A stretch of 63,795 bases of DNA, filler included, from Octopus bimaculoides (lineage: Eukaryota): the NCBI RefSeq assembly GCF_001194135.2. It is 6 parts of 5 records of this genome, joined end to end, with 100 filler letters (N's around TTAATTAATTAA, not from the genome) between each part and the next. Parts side by side here need not be neighbours in the genome. Positions count along the whole stretch, not along the records: positions 11,398 to 20,697 come from NC_068984.1; positions 20,798 to 49,327 come from NC_068981.1; 4 more parts are not named here. One strand, written 5' to 3'. The position numbers and the translations under genes were made by a program. The notes under the pieces are model-generated. The model was not told the origin of the DNA. It made no database searches and was given only the letters and a program-made list of their open reading frames with translations. Of the stretch, positions 11,398 through 25,458 are shown one piece after another (positions within the stretch are counted from its first letter, which is position 1; each line of letters begins with the position of its first letter).

Positions 11398-11421
11398 TCT
11401 TCACTCCTACCCACTTCTCTT

Positions 11422-11545
11422 TAGACAGAATGAGATAACAAATCCAGGGCTGTGAGGAGTTTTCAGAACATGTTCTGAAAACCATTTCATTATAAATGTT
11501 CTGAAAACTCCTCACAGCCTTGGATTTGTTATCTCATTATGTCTA
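11422..11545. repeat. Near-perfect ~124 bp hairpin (foldback)
   Basis: tagacagaatgagataacaaatccagggctgtgaggagttttcagaacat / atgttctgaaaactcctcacagccttggatttgttatctcattatgtcta. Confidence 0.9.
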
Positions 11546-11583
11546 ATGTATATATATATATATATATATATGGAATAATTATA

Positions 11584-11821
11584 ACGATAGAGAATATGGA
11601 GACTGGTACATTGTTCAAAACTTATTTCGAGCTCGTAGCTGGTTGAAAGACCCTGAACAAAGCTGCACAGAAAATTATGCCCGGTTGCATATGCAACTGT
11701 TCATACTCTGTGCAGTGGAGGCACGTGTAGGTCGTGGCAACCATAAAAATATACAGTATAACGATGTAAAATAAAACGAAATAAATTTTGAGGATGTACC
11801 AATCTCCATATTCTCTGTCGT
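11584..11821. mobile_element. Tc1/mariner-type MITE
   Basis: TA|acgatagagaatatggagactggtacat ... atgtaccaatctccatattctctgtcgt|TA: ~28 bp TIRs with a TA TSD. Confidence 0.75.
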
Positions 11822-12373
11822 TAAAATTATTACAAATATACACTCCAGATAAAATTACCATCTAGTGAAGCGAACGAGGAATTACGCCTCGGAGGAATTT
11901 ACAGCGTGTGACAACTCCTAGTAGTCATAGATGTTAAATACTAATTTATGCGGTTAGCAGTAACCTGGAACATAACTGAGAGATACCACAGTAACCACGC
12001 CGACAATATATCCTTACCTTTCTAGCCAGCGGGCTGGCATCATTGAAAATCTACAGCAATGCGATAAAGCGCATTGTGATCAGAGGTGTATAACAACATC
12101 GGATAGACTGGTCGATATTTTGATACAATGACACACACACACACATACACGAGCTTCCAGACAGTTTTCGCCTAGCAAATTCCCTCACAAGGCATTGGTC
12201 ATCCCGGAGTTATAGTCTGCAAGAAGATCTACAAATTTCGGATACGTCTGAATTCCTATGTGAGACGACACGATAAAACATCTGAGAACAGTGTGCACCT
12301 ATGTCATGCTGAATCCCCATTTGCCGAAGCAAAGCGACGACAGAGTCTAATGCAAAACACATAATACATATAA

Positions 12374-12418
<45 letters not shown>

Positions 12419-13679
12419 CATGCAGGCATATATGTAACTCTTAATGTACGTGTTATATATGTGTGTAAGCGTATATCTATGCAGCTGTGTAGATGAAATG
12501 GGTATTGTTTCTGAGGGTGGCGTACTGAGGTATTTGTATGTTCTGTGAATTGAACCTTAAACCTACACGTAGACCCATTCCTACAACGATGTATTTGAGA
12601 GATTGTTGGACCCTCCTGGGATCATGAAATCTTTTCAAAGTTTTATATCACAAACTCCTTAACCTTTCACCATAATATCAAATGAGACGGCTTGACTATA
12701 CTAACCTTTAAACTTTTCTCTTTCTCTGCTCCTCTTTCTCTGCCCCTCTCTCTCTGCCTCTCTCTCTCTCTCTCTCTGTCTCTCTCGCTCTTTCTCAATC
12801 TTTCACTCACATACTCTCATATATACATACTCCTTCTCTGTCATTATCCTCAAATAAAGTCTTTTCTTTTCTTCTCGTCTCGTATGATATAAAAAGTTTC
12901 CTTTTACTATAAACATCTTATGTACATTTCTTCCATTTGTTTGTCTATCTTCGTATCTATCTCTCCCTGCTTCTGTGTATACATACATACATTCATACAT
13001 ACATACATACATACATGCATTTATGCACACATAAACGTTTGTGTATAAAATATTGTTATACACTTATAACTATAAATTATATGTATGTAAAGATATCTAT
13101 CTATCTATCTGTCTATCTATCTATCGTATACATACAAAAACACACGCACACACATTATATATACATATAGACATGCAGACATACACACACACACGCAGAC
13201 ACACCCATATATATGTATGCATGTATGTATGTATGCATGTATGTATGTATGCATGTATGTAAATACACACACACACACACACACACATACAGGCATATTT
13301 ATATATTCGTGTGTATGTATATGCGTTCGTATGTGTACAAATATTGATAAATGGTAAGGTAGATGACAACATCATTTACTGATAAAAGCGCCATTCCTCC
13401 GAGTCCCCCTATCTGATAAATTACCCATACTGCGAGACTTTTATTATCAGAAGGATCCAATAGACTTTAGTCATTACATTCCTATAATAACAGCAATGCA
13501 ATATGGTAGAGTTTATTTTTAAATCCATCTCATCATCGGTGGTCTATTTCGAAAACTTCAGATATCTTCACGTATGGTTGTATAAGTGAATGTGTGTGCA
13601 TGTGTATTGTATTTGGATAAATATGAATATNNNNNNNNNNAGATAGATAGATAGACAGATAGATAGATAGATAGATATG

Positions 13680-13726
<47 letters not shown>

Positions 13727-14873
13727 TCATATACATATATACATGTGTATGTACATATATATATATATACATACGTACATATATATATATGCATATATAT
13801 GTATATACTCAGTAGTGTATATATACATGTGTGTGTATGTGTGTGTACATACTCGGTAATAAAACCCGTGGATTACTCCACTGGGTATATCATAATTAGT
13901 ATGAGCGTCGTATTTTTCACTAAAAGTACTCAGCAAACATTCAGATAAATTATGTAGTATTTGGGGTTGATACATGATATAAAGGAAATATGCATGTTAT
14001 TATATCGTAGCAAATATTCGGTTATAGGGTGTTCTGTTTCACGTTGTGTATATTTCATCAGGCAGGGTAGAAAGACAGAATGTCTTCTGTGATCAATAGT
14101 TACCTGGGGTTAAATATGAAAGTGTCTGGTGAGAACAAACGTGCAATAAACATGTTTTTGTATCCAGTCGAATAAAACTGTCAACGAGCATATTATATCG
14201 TCAGTGACAATATATAATGTGTATGTGTGTGTGTGTGTAACAATATGACACAGTACCAAATATAACCGCATAATAAAAAGCAATGTAACAAGAGTTGGTT
14301 ATCTTATAATAACCATTCGCACAATGACAATCCAATACGCCAACGCAGAATCAATAACGAGACTAACGCTCTCATAGTACGGCCTCAACTGTCTACTGGT
14401 TCATCTATTTATAAGACTCGTCCAGTCCACTGACAGTCACGTGCGGGGGTGTCAATTCACTCTAAAACAACAGAGCGAAAACTACTTTATAGTATTCAAT
14501 ATGAAATTTACTTCATATTGGCCCACAAATATGTATGCTCATAGGAAGTTTGTATAAGTTTGTAAACTGGTAATACACAGTAAAACAGTGATGGCAAAGG
14601 AAGATAAAGAAGTGCATTAGACAACTTTCGTTTGTCAAATTTTGACCTTTTAATCATTCGGTATTTTTATGAAAGAGATGGAAAATATTGAATAATAAGG
14701 AGAATTTAATAAATGAAAAGTTTCGATAATTAATTACTTACGTTTTTGTTTATGTCTTCAACATACAACTCCCTTGCAATACGTTTATTTATTTATTTAT
14801 TCATTTATTTATTATTTTTTTATATAAATATGCTTAGAATATTACAGTTGCCTCTGTTATATTGTTGTAGCAT

Positions 14874-15245
14874 GGAGGCGCAATTGCCCAGTGGTTAGGG
14901 AAGCAGACTCGCGGTCATAGGATCGCGGTTTCGATTCCCAGACCGGGCACTGTGAGTGTTTATTGAGCGAAATCACCTAATGCTCCACGAGGTTCCGGCA
15001 GGGGATGGTGGCGAACCCTGCTGTACTCTGTCACCACAACTTTCTCTCACTCTTACTTCCTGTTTCTGTTGTGCCTGTAATTCAAAGGATCAGCCTTGTC
15101 ACGCTGTATATCCCCGAGAACTACGTTAAGGGTACACGTGTCTGTGGAGTGTTCAGCCACTTGCACGTTAATTTCACGAGCAGGCTGTTCCGTTGATCGG
15201 ATCAACTGGAACCCTCGACGTCGTAAGCGACGGAGTGCCAACAAC
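14874..15245 (+). mobile_element. Full-length tRNA-derived SINE family A
   Basis: ggaggcgcaat(t/g)gcccagtggttaggg...ggtttcgattcc head, (CAA) tail; 13 bp TSD attgttgtagcat. Confidence 0.95.
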
Positions 15246-16396
15246 ATTGTTGTAGCATAATATTGACTATGTTATATGTTTTTGATAGAAAATTCCCTTT
15301 AACATTGAAAATAAATGTCTTTTAAGATCGTTTTTCTTATTATTCTTCCGTCAAATATTTCAGAATGCAGATTTTTGATCTCGACATTATTATTCTGAGT
15401 TTTCATGCTTTGAAGCTTTCCGCGTTCTAATTTTCCGGTCATTTCTTTACATAGGTGTATTTTGCAAAGATAAATTGAGAAAGGTGTGCATAATCATCAT
15501 TTGAAGTAACGGTTGCTTGATTGAGGTGGGAGGTGTGATAACGCTCCTCAGATTCGCTTATTGAGCTGAAGAAATTCGTTTCTTATCTTGGCAATTTTAC
15601 TTTTATATCATTTTCATCTCTGAGTATTTTCATTTTTATTATTTTTATTTCTTATTGTATTTACCGTTACCTTGACAACACAAGGATCTTGAGAAAGCTT
15701 AAAATAGGAGAAATAGCCTTTAAATCGTCTGTATGAGCTTCAGTGTTTATGGATGATGGTGGTGATGGTGGTGGTATGTGTGCATGTATCAGAGAGCGAG
15801 AGATGGAGAGAGATAGGAAGAGCAAGCGAGAGAGAGAAATCCTTGATGGAGCGTTCAAATTATTTCACAATTTACTTAAATGATTTGAAACACTCATCTT
15901 GTCCTAAGATTGGAAATGCCCCCATCTTCCACTGAAAATCCTGGAAGTATATATCAGTATGTTTCTGTATTGATGTTAGCAAAAAACTGATGTGTGAACA
16001 TGAATAAGGGTGTTTGAAAGTCCCTAACTGATATAAAGAACTAGGAGCATATATATGCTTCAAATGTACAGAAAACAAAAGACATAGAAAGGTGAGGGAA
16101 TAACAAGCAGGTATATTAGTTTGGCGCTGAGGAAAATGGAGAAGTCTTTGACGTTTCGAGCCTACGCTCTTCGATAGAAAAGGATGAGAGAAAAAAATGG
16201 AGAGAGAAGAAAAGAACAAGGACGGAGAGTGGGGAAAAACATGTCGGGATTAAGGGTTCGTCATGCTGAGATGTCTAAGTTTTGTGATTCTTTTATTTCA
16301 GTCATTGGACTGTGGCTATGCCAGGACACTGCCTTGAAGTGCTTAGTCGAACAATTAAACCTCACAACCTATTTTAAGTCTAGTACTTATTCAACC

Positions 16397-16777
16397 GGAG
16401 GCGCAATAGCCCAGTCGCTAGGGTAGCGGACTCGTGTTCATAGGATCGCGGTTTCGATTCCCAGACCGGGCGTTGTGAGTGTTTATTGAGCGAAAAACAC
16501 CTAAAGGTCCACGAGGCTCCGACAGGGGATGGTGGTGAACCCTGCTGTACTCTTTCACCACAACTTTCTCTCACTCTTACTTCCTGTTTCTGTTGTGTCT
16601 GTAATTCAAAGGTCCAGCCTTGTCACACTGTGTCACGCTGAATATCCCCGAGAACTATGTTAAGGGTACACGTGTATGTGGAGTGCTCAGCCACTTGCAC
16701 GTTAATTTCACGAGCAGGCTGTTCCGTTGATCGGATCAACTGGAACCCTCGTCGTCGTAAGCGACGGAGTGCCAACA
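16397..16777 (+). mobile_element. SINE family A nested in an older SINE B remnant
   Basis: 12 bp TSD acttattcaacc (16385-16396 and 16778-16789). Confidence 0.92.
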
Positions 16778-18420
16778 ACTTATTCAACCGTCTCTTTTAC
16801 GGAGATGTAAACAAGTCTACTACAGTCATCAAGCGATAAGGCGGTGGAGGAGGGAGTCACGAAAGCAAACACAAAGACACACACACGCACGTACACGTAC
16901 ACACACGCACACACACATACACATACAAACACACACATACTCACACACACACGCACACACACACAGAGGAAAGTTTTCCACAAAGTTCCAGTCGACCAAA
17001 TTCACTCACAAAGGATTCGTCAGCCCAGGGCTGTTGTAGAAGAAAACCTTCCCAAGATGCCACGTGGTACGATTGAACCAGAAAGCCTTGTGGTTGGGAA
17101 CCTGTGAATCGTGTGTTATGAACACACATCGCCTGAAGTAGAAGACGTTCTCATGTGGCGACGAATAACATGTAAAATGATATTCACGTTCAAATCTATC
17201 AGAACGTATTAAGAATGAACACACTCCGTGAATTATTATTCTTTCATTATATATTAGTATTTTCAAAAGATTATATCACGAAATATATTAAACAAGATTC
17301 CACATATTAATATGGTGTAAAATATTGTCAAATACCTAACATCCATTTTTTCTGAATAATTTTCGCCTCATAAATTCGTCTAAATCGCTTGAGAACAAGA
17401 GCTAACATCTTTTTAATAATCTTGTGAAAATGTCGACATTTATATTTCTTGAGAAAATATTGTTTCACTAATGTAATTTACGGATAAATATGTGGTATGT
17501 AGGAATTCTGTTTTATAAATTTCTTTTAACTTTAAAAGTCAAATAATGAATCAAAAATTTGTGTGAGCAGTAATATTAGTTTCAAATTTTGACACAAGAC
17601 CAACAAGTTCAGAGGAGAGGTTAAGTCGATTACATCGACCCCAGGTCTGTGCTGTTGCTTATTTTATCGACCCCAAAAGGATTAAAGGCAAGGACACTCT
17701 CAGCGGAATTTGATTTCAGTACATAAAGGTGGACGAAATGCCGCTAAGCATTTCGTCCTGAGTGCTAACGATTCTGCCGCCTTAACACATAAACCGCGAC
17801 GGGCCACCATCGTGGCCGTCAGGCACAGGTCGACAGGCCACCATCGTGACCCAGATAGATGTATTTAATTTTTTGGGGTCTAATGTCACTCAAACGCTCC
17901 GATACCCCCAGAATGCAAGAGGACTAATAATTCAACTAATGACTTTTCAGATGATGTAAAACTTGCCACTATTATATACTAAGAAGACATTTTAACTATT
18001 TTTTGTTTTTTTATGTATACATGGTAGTCTCATTTTCATAAAATGTGCTCAGCAGTCCACTATGTAAGTGCAAATCCCAGCAGTTTATGGGTTAAGTGAG
18101 TTAGAATATTGTAAAGAGACAAAAAAAAAAAAGAAACTACAAAAACGAATAGTTTTTGAAATAATGAATCAACGTTGATATTATATAAGCACCAATATTT
18201 TCAGTAATAAAGCTAATACTGACTGGAAATCAATGCCTTATAATGTAGTCTATCAATTGTTTGCTCCGTTATATTTACAAAAAAATTATCTTCAAAACAT
18301 GTCTATATGTGTGAGTGAGTGTGGGTGAGTGTGTGTGTATGTGTATGTGTGTGTGTGTGTATGTGCGCGCGCGTGTATGTGTGTGTTTATAAATATATGT
18401 GTGTGTAAACTTTTGAGAAC

Positions 18421-18730
18421 TATTGTGAACATCAAATGGTAGCAGCATATCTCAAACTCTGAAGTTTTGAGAAAGGCTGGCTTTCAATCCATGCGCCATC
18501 TGTTCATGCAGAGGAGTCTTCGTTGGACAGGCCACATTGTCAAATTTGGCGATGATAAAATCTCATAGAAAGTGCTGCTCTCGCAACTAGCAGATGGCTA
18601 TTGAAACGTTAATAGACCAAAATTGAGATCAAGGACACTGTCAAGCGGAACCTTAAAAATTTATTGATCCCCATTGAGAAGTGATACCAGTCAGCCGGTG
18701 ATCGCATTTTCTGAAGAATTTGATTCATAG
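18421..18730 (+). mobile_element. RTE-clade LINE 3' ORF fragment
   Basis: IVNIKW*QHISNSEVLRKAGFQSMRHLFMQRSLRWTGHIVKFGDDKIS*KVLLSQLADG, matching the RTE C-terminal W...ISN.EVL...RRLRW.GHV pattern. Confidence 0.8.
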
Positions 18731-18830
18731 AGTCTGTCATGATTGTTGGCGACAGACCTGTTATGTTCACGCACACTCTTCCAGGTGTTACAAGTCGCAA
18801 TTACAGTTTGGAACAAGTAATCTATTTTAA

Positions 18831-19198
18831 TTGTTGTTGTTGTTGGCACTCCGTCGCTTACGACGTCGAGAGTTCCAGTTGATCCGATCAACGGAACAGC
18901 CTGCTCGTGAAATTAACGTGCAAGTGGCTGAGCACTCCACAGACACGTCTACCCTTAACGTAGTTCTCGGGGATATTCAGTGTGACACAGTGTGACAAGG
19001 CTGACCCTTTGAATTACAGGCACAACAGAAACAGGAAGTAAGAGTGAGCGAAAGTTGTGGTGGAAGAGTACAGTAGCGTTCGCCACCATCCCCTGTCGGA
19101 GCCTCGTGGAGCTTTAGGTGTTTTCGCTCAATAAACACTCACAACGCCCGGTCTGGGAATCGAAACCGCTGCCCTAACCACTGGGCCATTGCGCCTCC
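18831..19198 (-). mobile_element. SINE family A
   Basis: Reverse complement of 14874-15245. Confidence 0.92.
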
Positions 19199-19751
19199 AC
19201 TCTGTTTTAATTAACTTGATAGGAATCATTGAAATGTTTTAAAAATAATTTCATTTTGTCTTGTTTTATTTTTTTCTTTTAGTTATGAGGATTCATTAAG
19301 TTTCCCGAAATATTTTGAAACAAACAAAATATAGAAAATTATATTGACTGAATATTCTATACCACAGCAGAAAAATGTACATGTATTTCTTATATTTACA
19401 TTTGGTGATAAAGTAAGACATTTTCTACATATAACCCAAGAGTAATCATTTAAAAATGTAATGCCAATATCGATAATAGTGGAAGAAAATTTTGTCTTTT
19501 TCAGATATGTTTGTGTATTCCCAAGGTTCTACTAATGTAAACAGAAGAGTGGAGAGAAGGTGAGTGCATTATGTATTTGCGGGTGGGATCAATTTACAGA
19601 GCAATGAAGAAATTTGATGAGGAGAAAAAGTGAGAGAAAAAGACAGTATGGAAGAAAAAAGAAAGGAGAGAGTTAAGAATTAAGAGAGCAAATATAAAAC
19701 AAATATGAAAGGTTTTTATATATACATACATGCGTACGCACATATGCATGC

Positions 19752-19789
<38 letters not shown>

Positions 19790-20295
19790 TCATACACATA
19801 TATGCACACAAAGATATACACATGTAGATACGCATGAATCTGTGCACAGGCATATAGGTATGCGCATGCAGCTGTGTATAAATACAAACAAAAACGTATA
19901 TCAATGTAAGAATATAAAGAAAATAACTGATACAGTTTTTGTCTCTACAACTAACGTCATATTCAGTATTCAGTTAGGGCGTGAAACAAGAATTACTTTC
20001 ATATTTCATTTTCTCTGTCTGTAACTATAACTAGACGAAGACGAAACGGAATCGTCTCGGCTAGCTCTGAAGTATATTGTGTTTTCAATACACTACGTCT
20101 ATATAAAGGTATCTTTTCCCAGACGACCGCTGCAGCTTCTAACTTTACATATACGTTAAGTATCTCATATAGATAAAGATTTGGATCTTTCTGATTTGGC
20201 AGGCGCCACTTTTTATTTATATTTTATTTAGTATGTTTTCTACCGAAACACTTTAAAACTTCGTATACGTGTATATTTTGTCTTATACAACAGAG

Positions 20296-20691
20296 AAAAA
20301 TTTTCATATTTGAACTTATTTCATTTTAAAAGTTGTCGTATTTCGGTAATTTCAACCAATCACTGACGTCTATTGAGGTGAAAACAATTACTGTTATGGA
20401 ATGTAAACAAGACGTTCTAGCGGTGTAATGGGATCTTTTCCCTTGAATAAAATTAGTGCCGTTGTTTGTCAACAACAACTATCGGCGAGGGTTAGGGTTA
20501 GTGTTAGGGTTAGCTAAAACCATTACAAACGCACTTTATTCAAGGGAAAAGATCCCATTACACCGCTAGAACGTCTTGTTTACATTCCATAGCAATAATT
20601 GTTTTCACCTCAATAGACGTCAGTGATTGGTTGAAATTACCGAAATACGACAATTTTAACACGAAATAACTTTCAAAAGATAAAATTTTCT
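20296..20691. mobile_element. Foldback/palindromic element with ~155 bp arms and TTAGGG repeats in the loop
   Basis: 20296-20451 is the reverse complement of 20535-20691, with the inner ~115 bp near perfect. The loop contains agggttagggttagtgttagggttag (20488-20513). Confidence 0.9.
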
Positions 20692-20797
20692 CAATAANNN
20701 NNNNNNNNNNNNNNNNNNNNNNNNNNNNNNNNNNNNNNNNNTTAATTAATTAANNNNNNNNNNNNNNNNNNNNNNNNNNNNNNNNNNNNNNNNNNNN

Positions 20798-20837
<40 letters not shown>

Positions 20838-21082
20838 GAAAGAGAGAGAGAGAGAGGTAGACAGACAGACAGACAGACAGACAGATAGATAGATGTGCCC
20901 TCGAAGTTTTAGTGAAGACAATCGTTCCATGCAATAATTGTGTACCACGGAGAACGGGGGTGGACATACATTTCTTCTCTCTCTCTCTCTCTCACCACTA
21001 AACGAGGGTCACTGTCAACTGGTATTCAATCATCTTAGAATCTGTGTTCCCTTGTCCACACCCTTAATACCGCAACTCAAAG

Positions 21083-21130
<48 letters not shown>

Positions 21131-21408
21131 CAACAAATGAAACAGAATCAGAGTAAACCAAAACTGTTCAAGTGCCGACACACACACACACAGACACACC
21201 CTTGCACACACGCAGACCCATAAATATACGCCATTACACACACACACACACACACGTACAGACACCACACCACACGTGTGTGCACGCACTTCCTGAATTG
21301 TAAAGTTTAAGGCACAGATTTCGTGGATTAAATTCACCAATTATCTTCCAGATTTCGTCCTATTCTCCACATTGGAACTAAACTTTACAACCCCAATTAT
21401 CATATATA

Positions 21409-21460
<52 letters not shown>

Positions 21461-21954
21461 GATTAATTGCTCTCGCACGCACGCATGCATGCTCTCACGC
21501 ACGCGCACAGAAATAGATATAAAATTCTTGCGAGCAGAATTTGCTGTATATACTCTGTACGGAAACTATATGTGTGTGTATATGAGAGGGCGTGTGTGAC
21601 ACACATACATACATACATACATACATACATACATACACACNNNNNNNNNNCACACATACATACATACATACATACATACATACATACATACATACATAGT
21701 CAGAAAACAGGACTTAGAACCTGTTACATACTTACATACATACATATAGAGAGAGGGAAATGTGAGATCCAAGGATCGAAGAGTAGGAAGAAAGGGAGCT
21801 TCAAGCAATCCGTACAAAATATAAAAAAAGAACGTTCACGAACAATAGTGGTTTATTGGAGCGGAAGGTTGTGGATTTTTCACCCTATCGAACTACGATA
21901 AGCTGAAAAAATTATTTTATATTTCACGGTAGGCAGCCAGGGTTACCAAGTATA

Positions 21955-22610
21955 CTCTTTTACTTCTTTCAGTCATTTGACTGCAGCCATGCTGGAGCAC
22001 CGCCTTTAGTCGAGCAAATCGACCCCAGGACTTATTCTTTGTAAGCCCAGTACTTATTCTATCGGTCTCTTTTTGCCGAACCGCTAAGTTACGGGGACAT
22101 AAACACACCAGCATCAGTTGTCAAGCAATGCTAGGGGCACAAACACAGACAAACACACACACACNNNNNNNNNNNNNNNNNNNNNNNNNNNNNNNNNNNN
22201 NNNNNNNNNNNNNNNNNNNNNNNNNNNNNNNNNNNNNNNNNNNNNNNNNNNNNNNNNNNNNNNNNNNNNNNNNNNNNNNNNNNNNNNNNNNNNNNNNNNN
22301 NNNNNNNNNNNNNNNNNNNNNNNNNNNNNNNNNNNNNNNNNNNNNNNNNNNNNNNNNNNNNNNNNNNNNNNNNNNNNNNNNNNNNNNNNNNNNNNNNNNN
22401 NNNNNNNNNNNNNNNNNNNNNNNNNNNNNNNNNNATATGCATATATACGACGGGCTTCTTTCAGTTTCCGTCTACCAAATCTACTCATAAGGCTTTCGTC
22501 GGCCCGAGGCTATAGCAGAAGACACTTGCCCAAGGTGCCACGCAGTGGGACTGAACCCGGAACCATGTGGCTGGTAAGCAAGCTACTTACCACACAGCCA
22601 CTCCTGCGCC
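21955..22610 (-). mobile_element. SINE family B (tRNA head, internal microsatellite, spans a gap)
   Basis: Reverse of ggcgcaggagtggctgtgtggtaag...ggttcagtccc...aaatgactgaaa. Confidence 0.85.
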
Positions 22611-22611
22611 T

Positions 22612-22670
<59 letters not shown>

Positions 22671-23125
22671 CACGAGAGAGCGAAGATTGTAGTCGCAACC
22701 GAATTCCATCCCCACCCTCCCCGCTGAAATACTGACATTAGCAACCTGTTGGTATTGGTCATGAAGAGAACTTGACGGCCGGCTGGCCGGCTTGCTGGCT
22801 GGCTGGCTGGCTCAGTACAGGTGTGCAGAGCTGTCATCCCAACCCTGATTAAACAGAAACAATCAGGTTGTGTGTGCTGTAGGATCGCCGAACAAATCCG
22901 TGTGCCAACAGAGGCCGCAAGGTGAGCGCTTGGTCGGACCTGGACGAAAGCGGCGTGAGCTAAATAGACCAAGCCTTCAACACAAACGCCACTGAACAAA
23001 TGCTGCTGTTTAGAGTGGGTGTATTCTGTGGTACGGTACACTGTAGGATAGTTACCTTGCTCTTCTTCAACGCTCATTGTTTATATGTGTATATATGGAT
23101 ATATGTGCGTGTATCTCTTTCTCTT

Positions 23126-23202
<77 letters not shown>

Positions 23203-23512
23203 GTATGTGTGTGTATATGCATGCATGTATGTATGTATGTACATACGTACGTATGTATGCATTATTTGGTATTATAAAAAAAAGAGAGGGTATTAGTTGT
23301 CAGTTATCTCTTAGCTTAATGGGACTGAACGCTCAATAATAGTTCGATTCCCTGTAGAGCCTTGCGGGCCAATTCTTTTTCACCTTCTAAGGGTGTTTAC
23401 TCAATGTTCTAAGCTGTTGTCACAGCCTACCTTCGTTCGAGAATTCCTTTTATTTTTTTGTAGAATACCTACCCATTCGGTGATTCAAACTTTATTAACA
23501 AAATGTTCTCAT

Positions 23513-23543
<31 letters not shown>

Positions 23544-24763
23544 NNNNNNNNNNNNNNNNNNNNNNNNNNNNNNNNNNNNNNNNNNNNNNNNNNNNNNNNN
23601 NNNNNNNNNNNNNNNNNNNNNNNNNNNNNNNNNNNNNNNNNNNNNNNNNNNNNNNNNNNNNNNNNNNNNNNNNNNNNNNNNNNNNNNNNNNNNNNNNNNN
23701 NNNNNNNNNNNNNNNNNNNNNNNNNNNNNNNNNNNNNNNNNNNNNNNNNNNNNNNNNNNNNNNNNNNNNNNNNNNNNNNNNNNNNNNNNNNNNNNNNNNN
23801 NNNNNNNNNNNNNNNNNNNNNNNNNNNNNNNNNNNNNNNNNNNNNNNNNNNNNNNNNNNNNNNNNNNNNNNNNNATATTTTGTTTTGAGTTCTATTCTGT
23901 TTGACTGCATCTGTGGAAATTTCAAAGTTTATTGAAAAATTTTTAATTTGGTGTATTAATGTAGTTTTCCAAGCTAAATCTCTGGCGATATTTTACTTTT
24001 TCCAGAAAAAAAAAAAAAACTTTAAAAAGCTATAGAGGCTTAACGTTTGATAATTTTCACCCAGTCAGAAAACAGAACTTGGAACCTGTTATTTTGAGCG
24101 TGGCGTGTTTTAATATGAAACTCTAAATAAATCAACTTCTGCTTTGTGCACGACATATAACCCCTCATACCTTCTTTATTATTTGGAATTTTCAGAAATT
24201 TTTTGGGAATTTGCATTCTACACTCGGGAATTCGTACGATTATGCAAAAACCAAAAACAAAACCAAAATTGGGGTGCGTGATTTAAGGCCTATTTGGCTG
24301 TTATTTTTGGCACATCTCTCGACTACGGTACAAGCAGCAGAGGGGCACATTTCACGTAGAATATATTTGTCAACACGTATCAATAGTTCTTATGTTTGGC
24401 TTGTTACTATAAAAACAGGCCTGAATGTGTTTGTGGTTTACGATTAGCTAAACATTACCCAAAATTTGCAAACTTTAAAAGCTAATAATTATTTATTGAT
24501 TTATGGTGAAAATGAATTTCATGGCATTGATTAGCATATAAAACTACATCATTACATCGAATATGAAATAAATTCGAACAGAAATGGAAGAGATTGAAAA
24601 TTGGCAGCCAAACAGAAAAGATCCTTTTTTTTTTTTGCGAATGGCATTCCATTGATAGAAACCATATCAAAGCAAACTCTGGAGTTCGATGTAGTCCTTG
24701 GACTCATCGTATCCTTGTCAATTCGTCCAACACATGCCAGCATGAAAAACGGATGTTAGATGG

Positions 24764-24803
<40 letters not shown>

Positions 24804-25265
24804 CTCTCACATGCAGCTAGACCACAGCAACAACAACAATGACGACGACATGCATATCTAATAATAAATTTTGTTTTTAAATTCCAGTCTTGGCTTTAGG
24901 GGGAAACTGTAGAATTTTTAAAAGAAATTATTGGCGTTTTTTGAAAATAAATTTTTTTTCAAAAAAGATTCTCTGCTTTTTTTTTTTTTTTTTTTTTTTT
25001 TTATGAAGATGAACATGAATAATTGCTATGTTGCAGAGAAGAAATTCCAATAGTTGACGGTTTATTTAAGAATAAATATCGATTTCAGTATCATTGAAGA
25101 ATTAATAGACTGATCGATATAAAAAAAGAAAAATCATTCTTTTGGCAATTTGGAGGCTAAGAATTTTATTTATTTATTTATTTGGTATTACGTAAATCGA
25201 TGATGTTTCGATGTACGGACGAATTTGTGTATATACAGACAGAAAGACAGGTAGAGAGAGAGAGG

Positions 25266-25338
<73 letters not shown>

Positions 25339-25370
25339 GGACAGACAGACAGTCAGGCAGGCAGACAGAC

Positions 25371-25410
<40 letters not shown>

Positions 25411-25419
25411 GGACGGACG

Positions 25420-25458
<39 letters not shown>

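Noticed and set aside
14874-14950. tRNA-like sequences at SINE heads
   Set aside because: They continue into SINE bodies with TSDs and lack complete cloverleafs; not tRNA genes.
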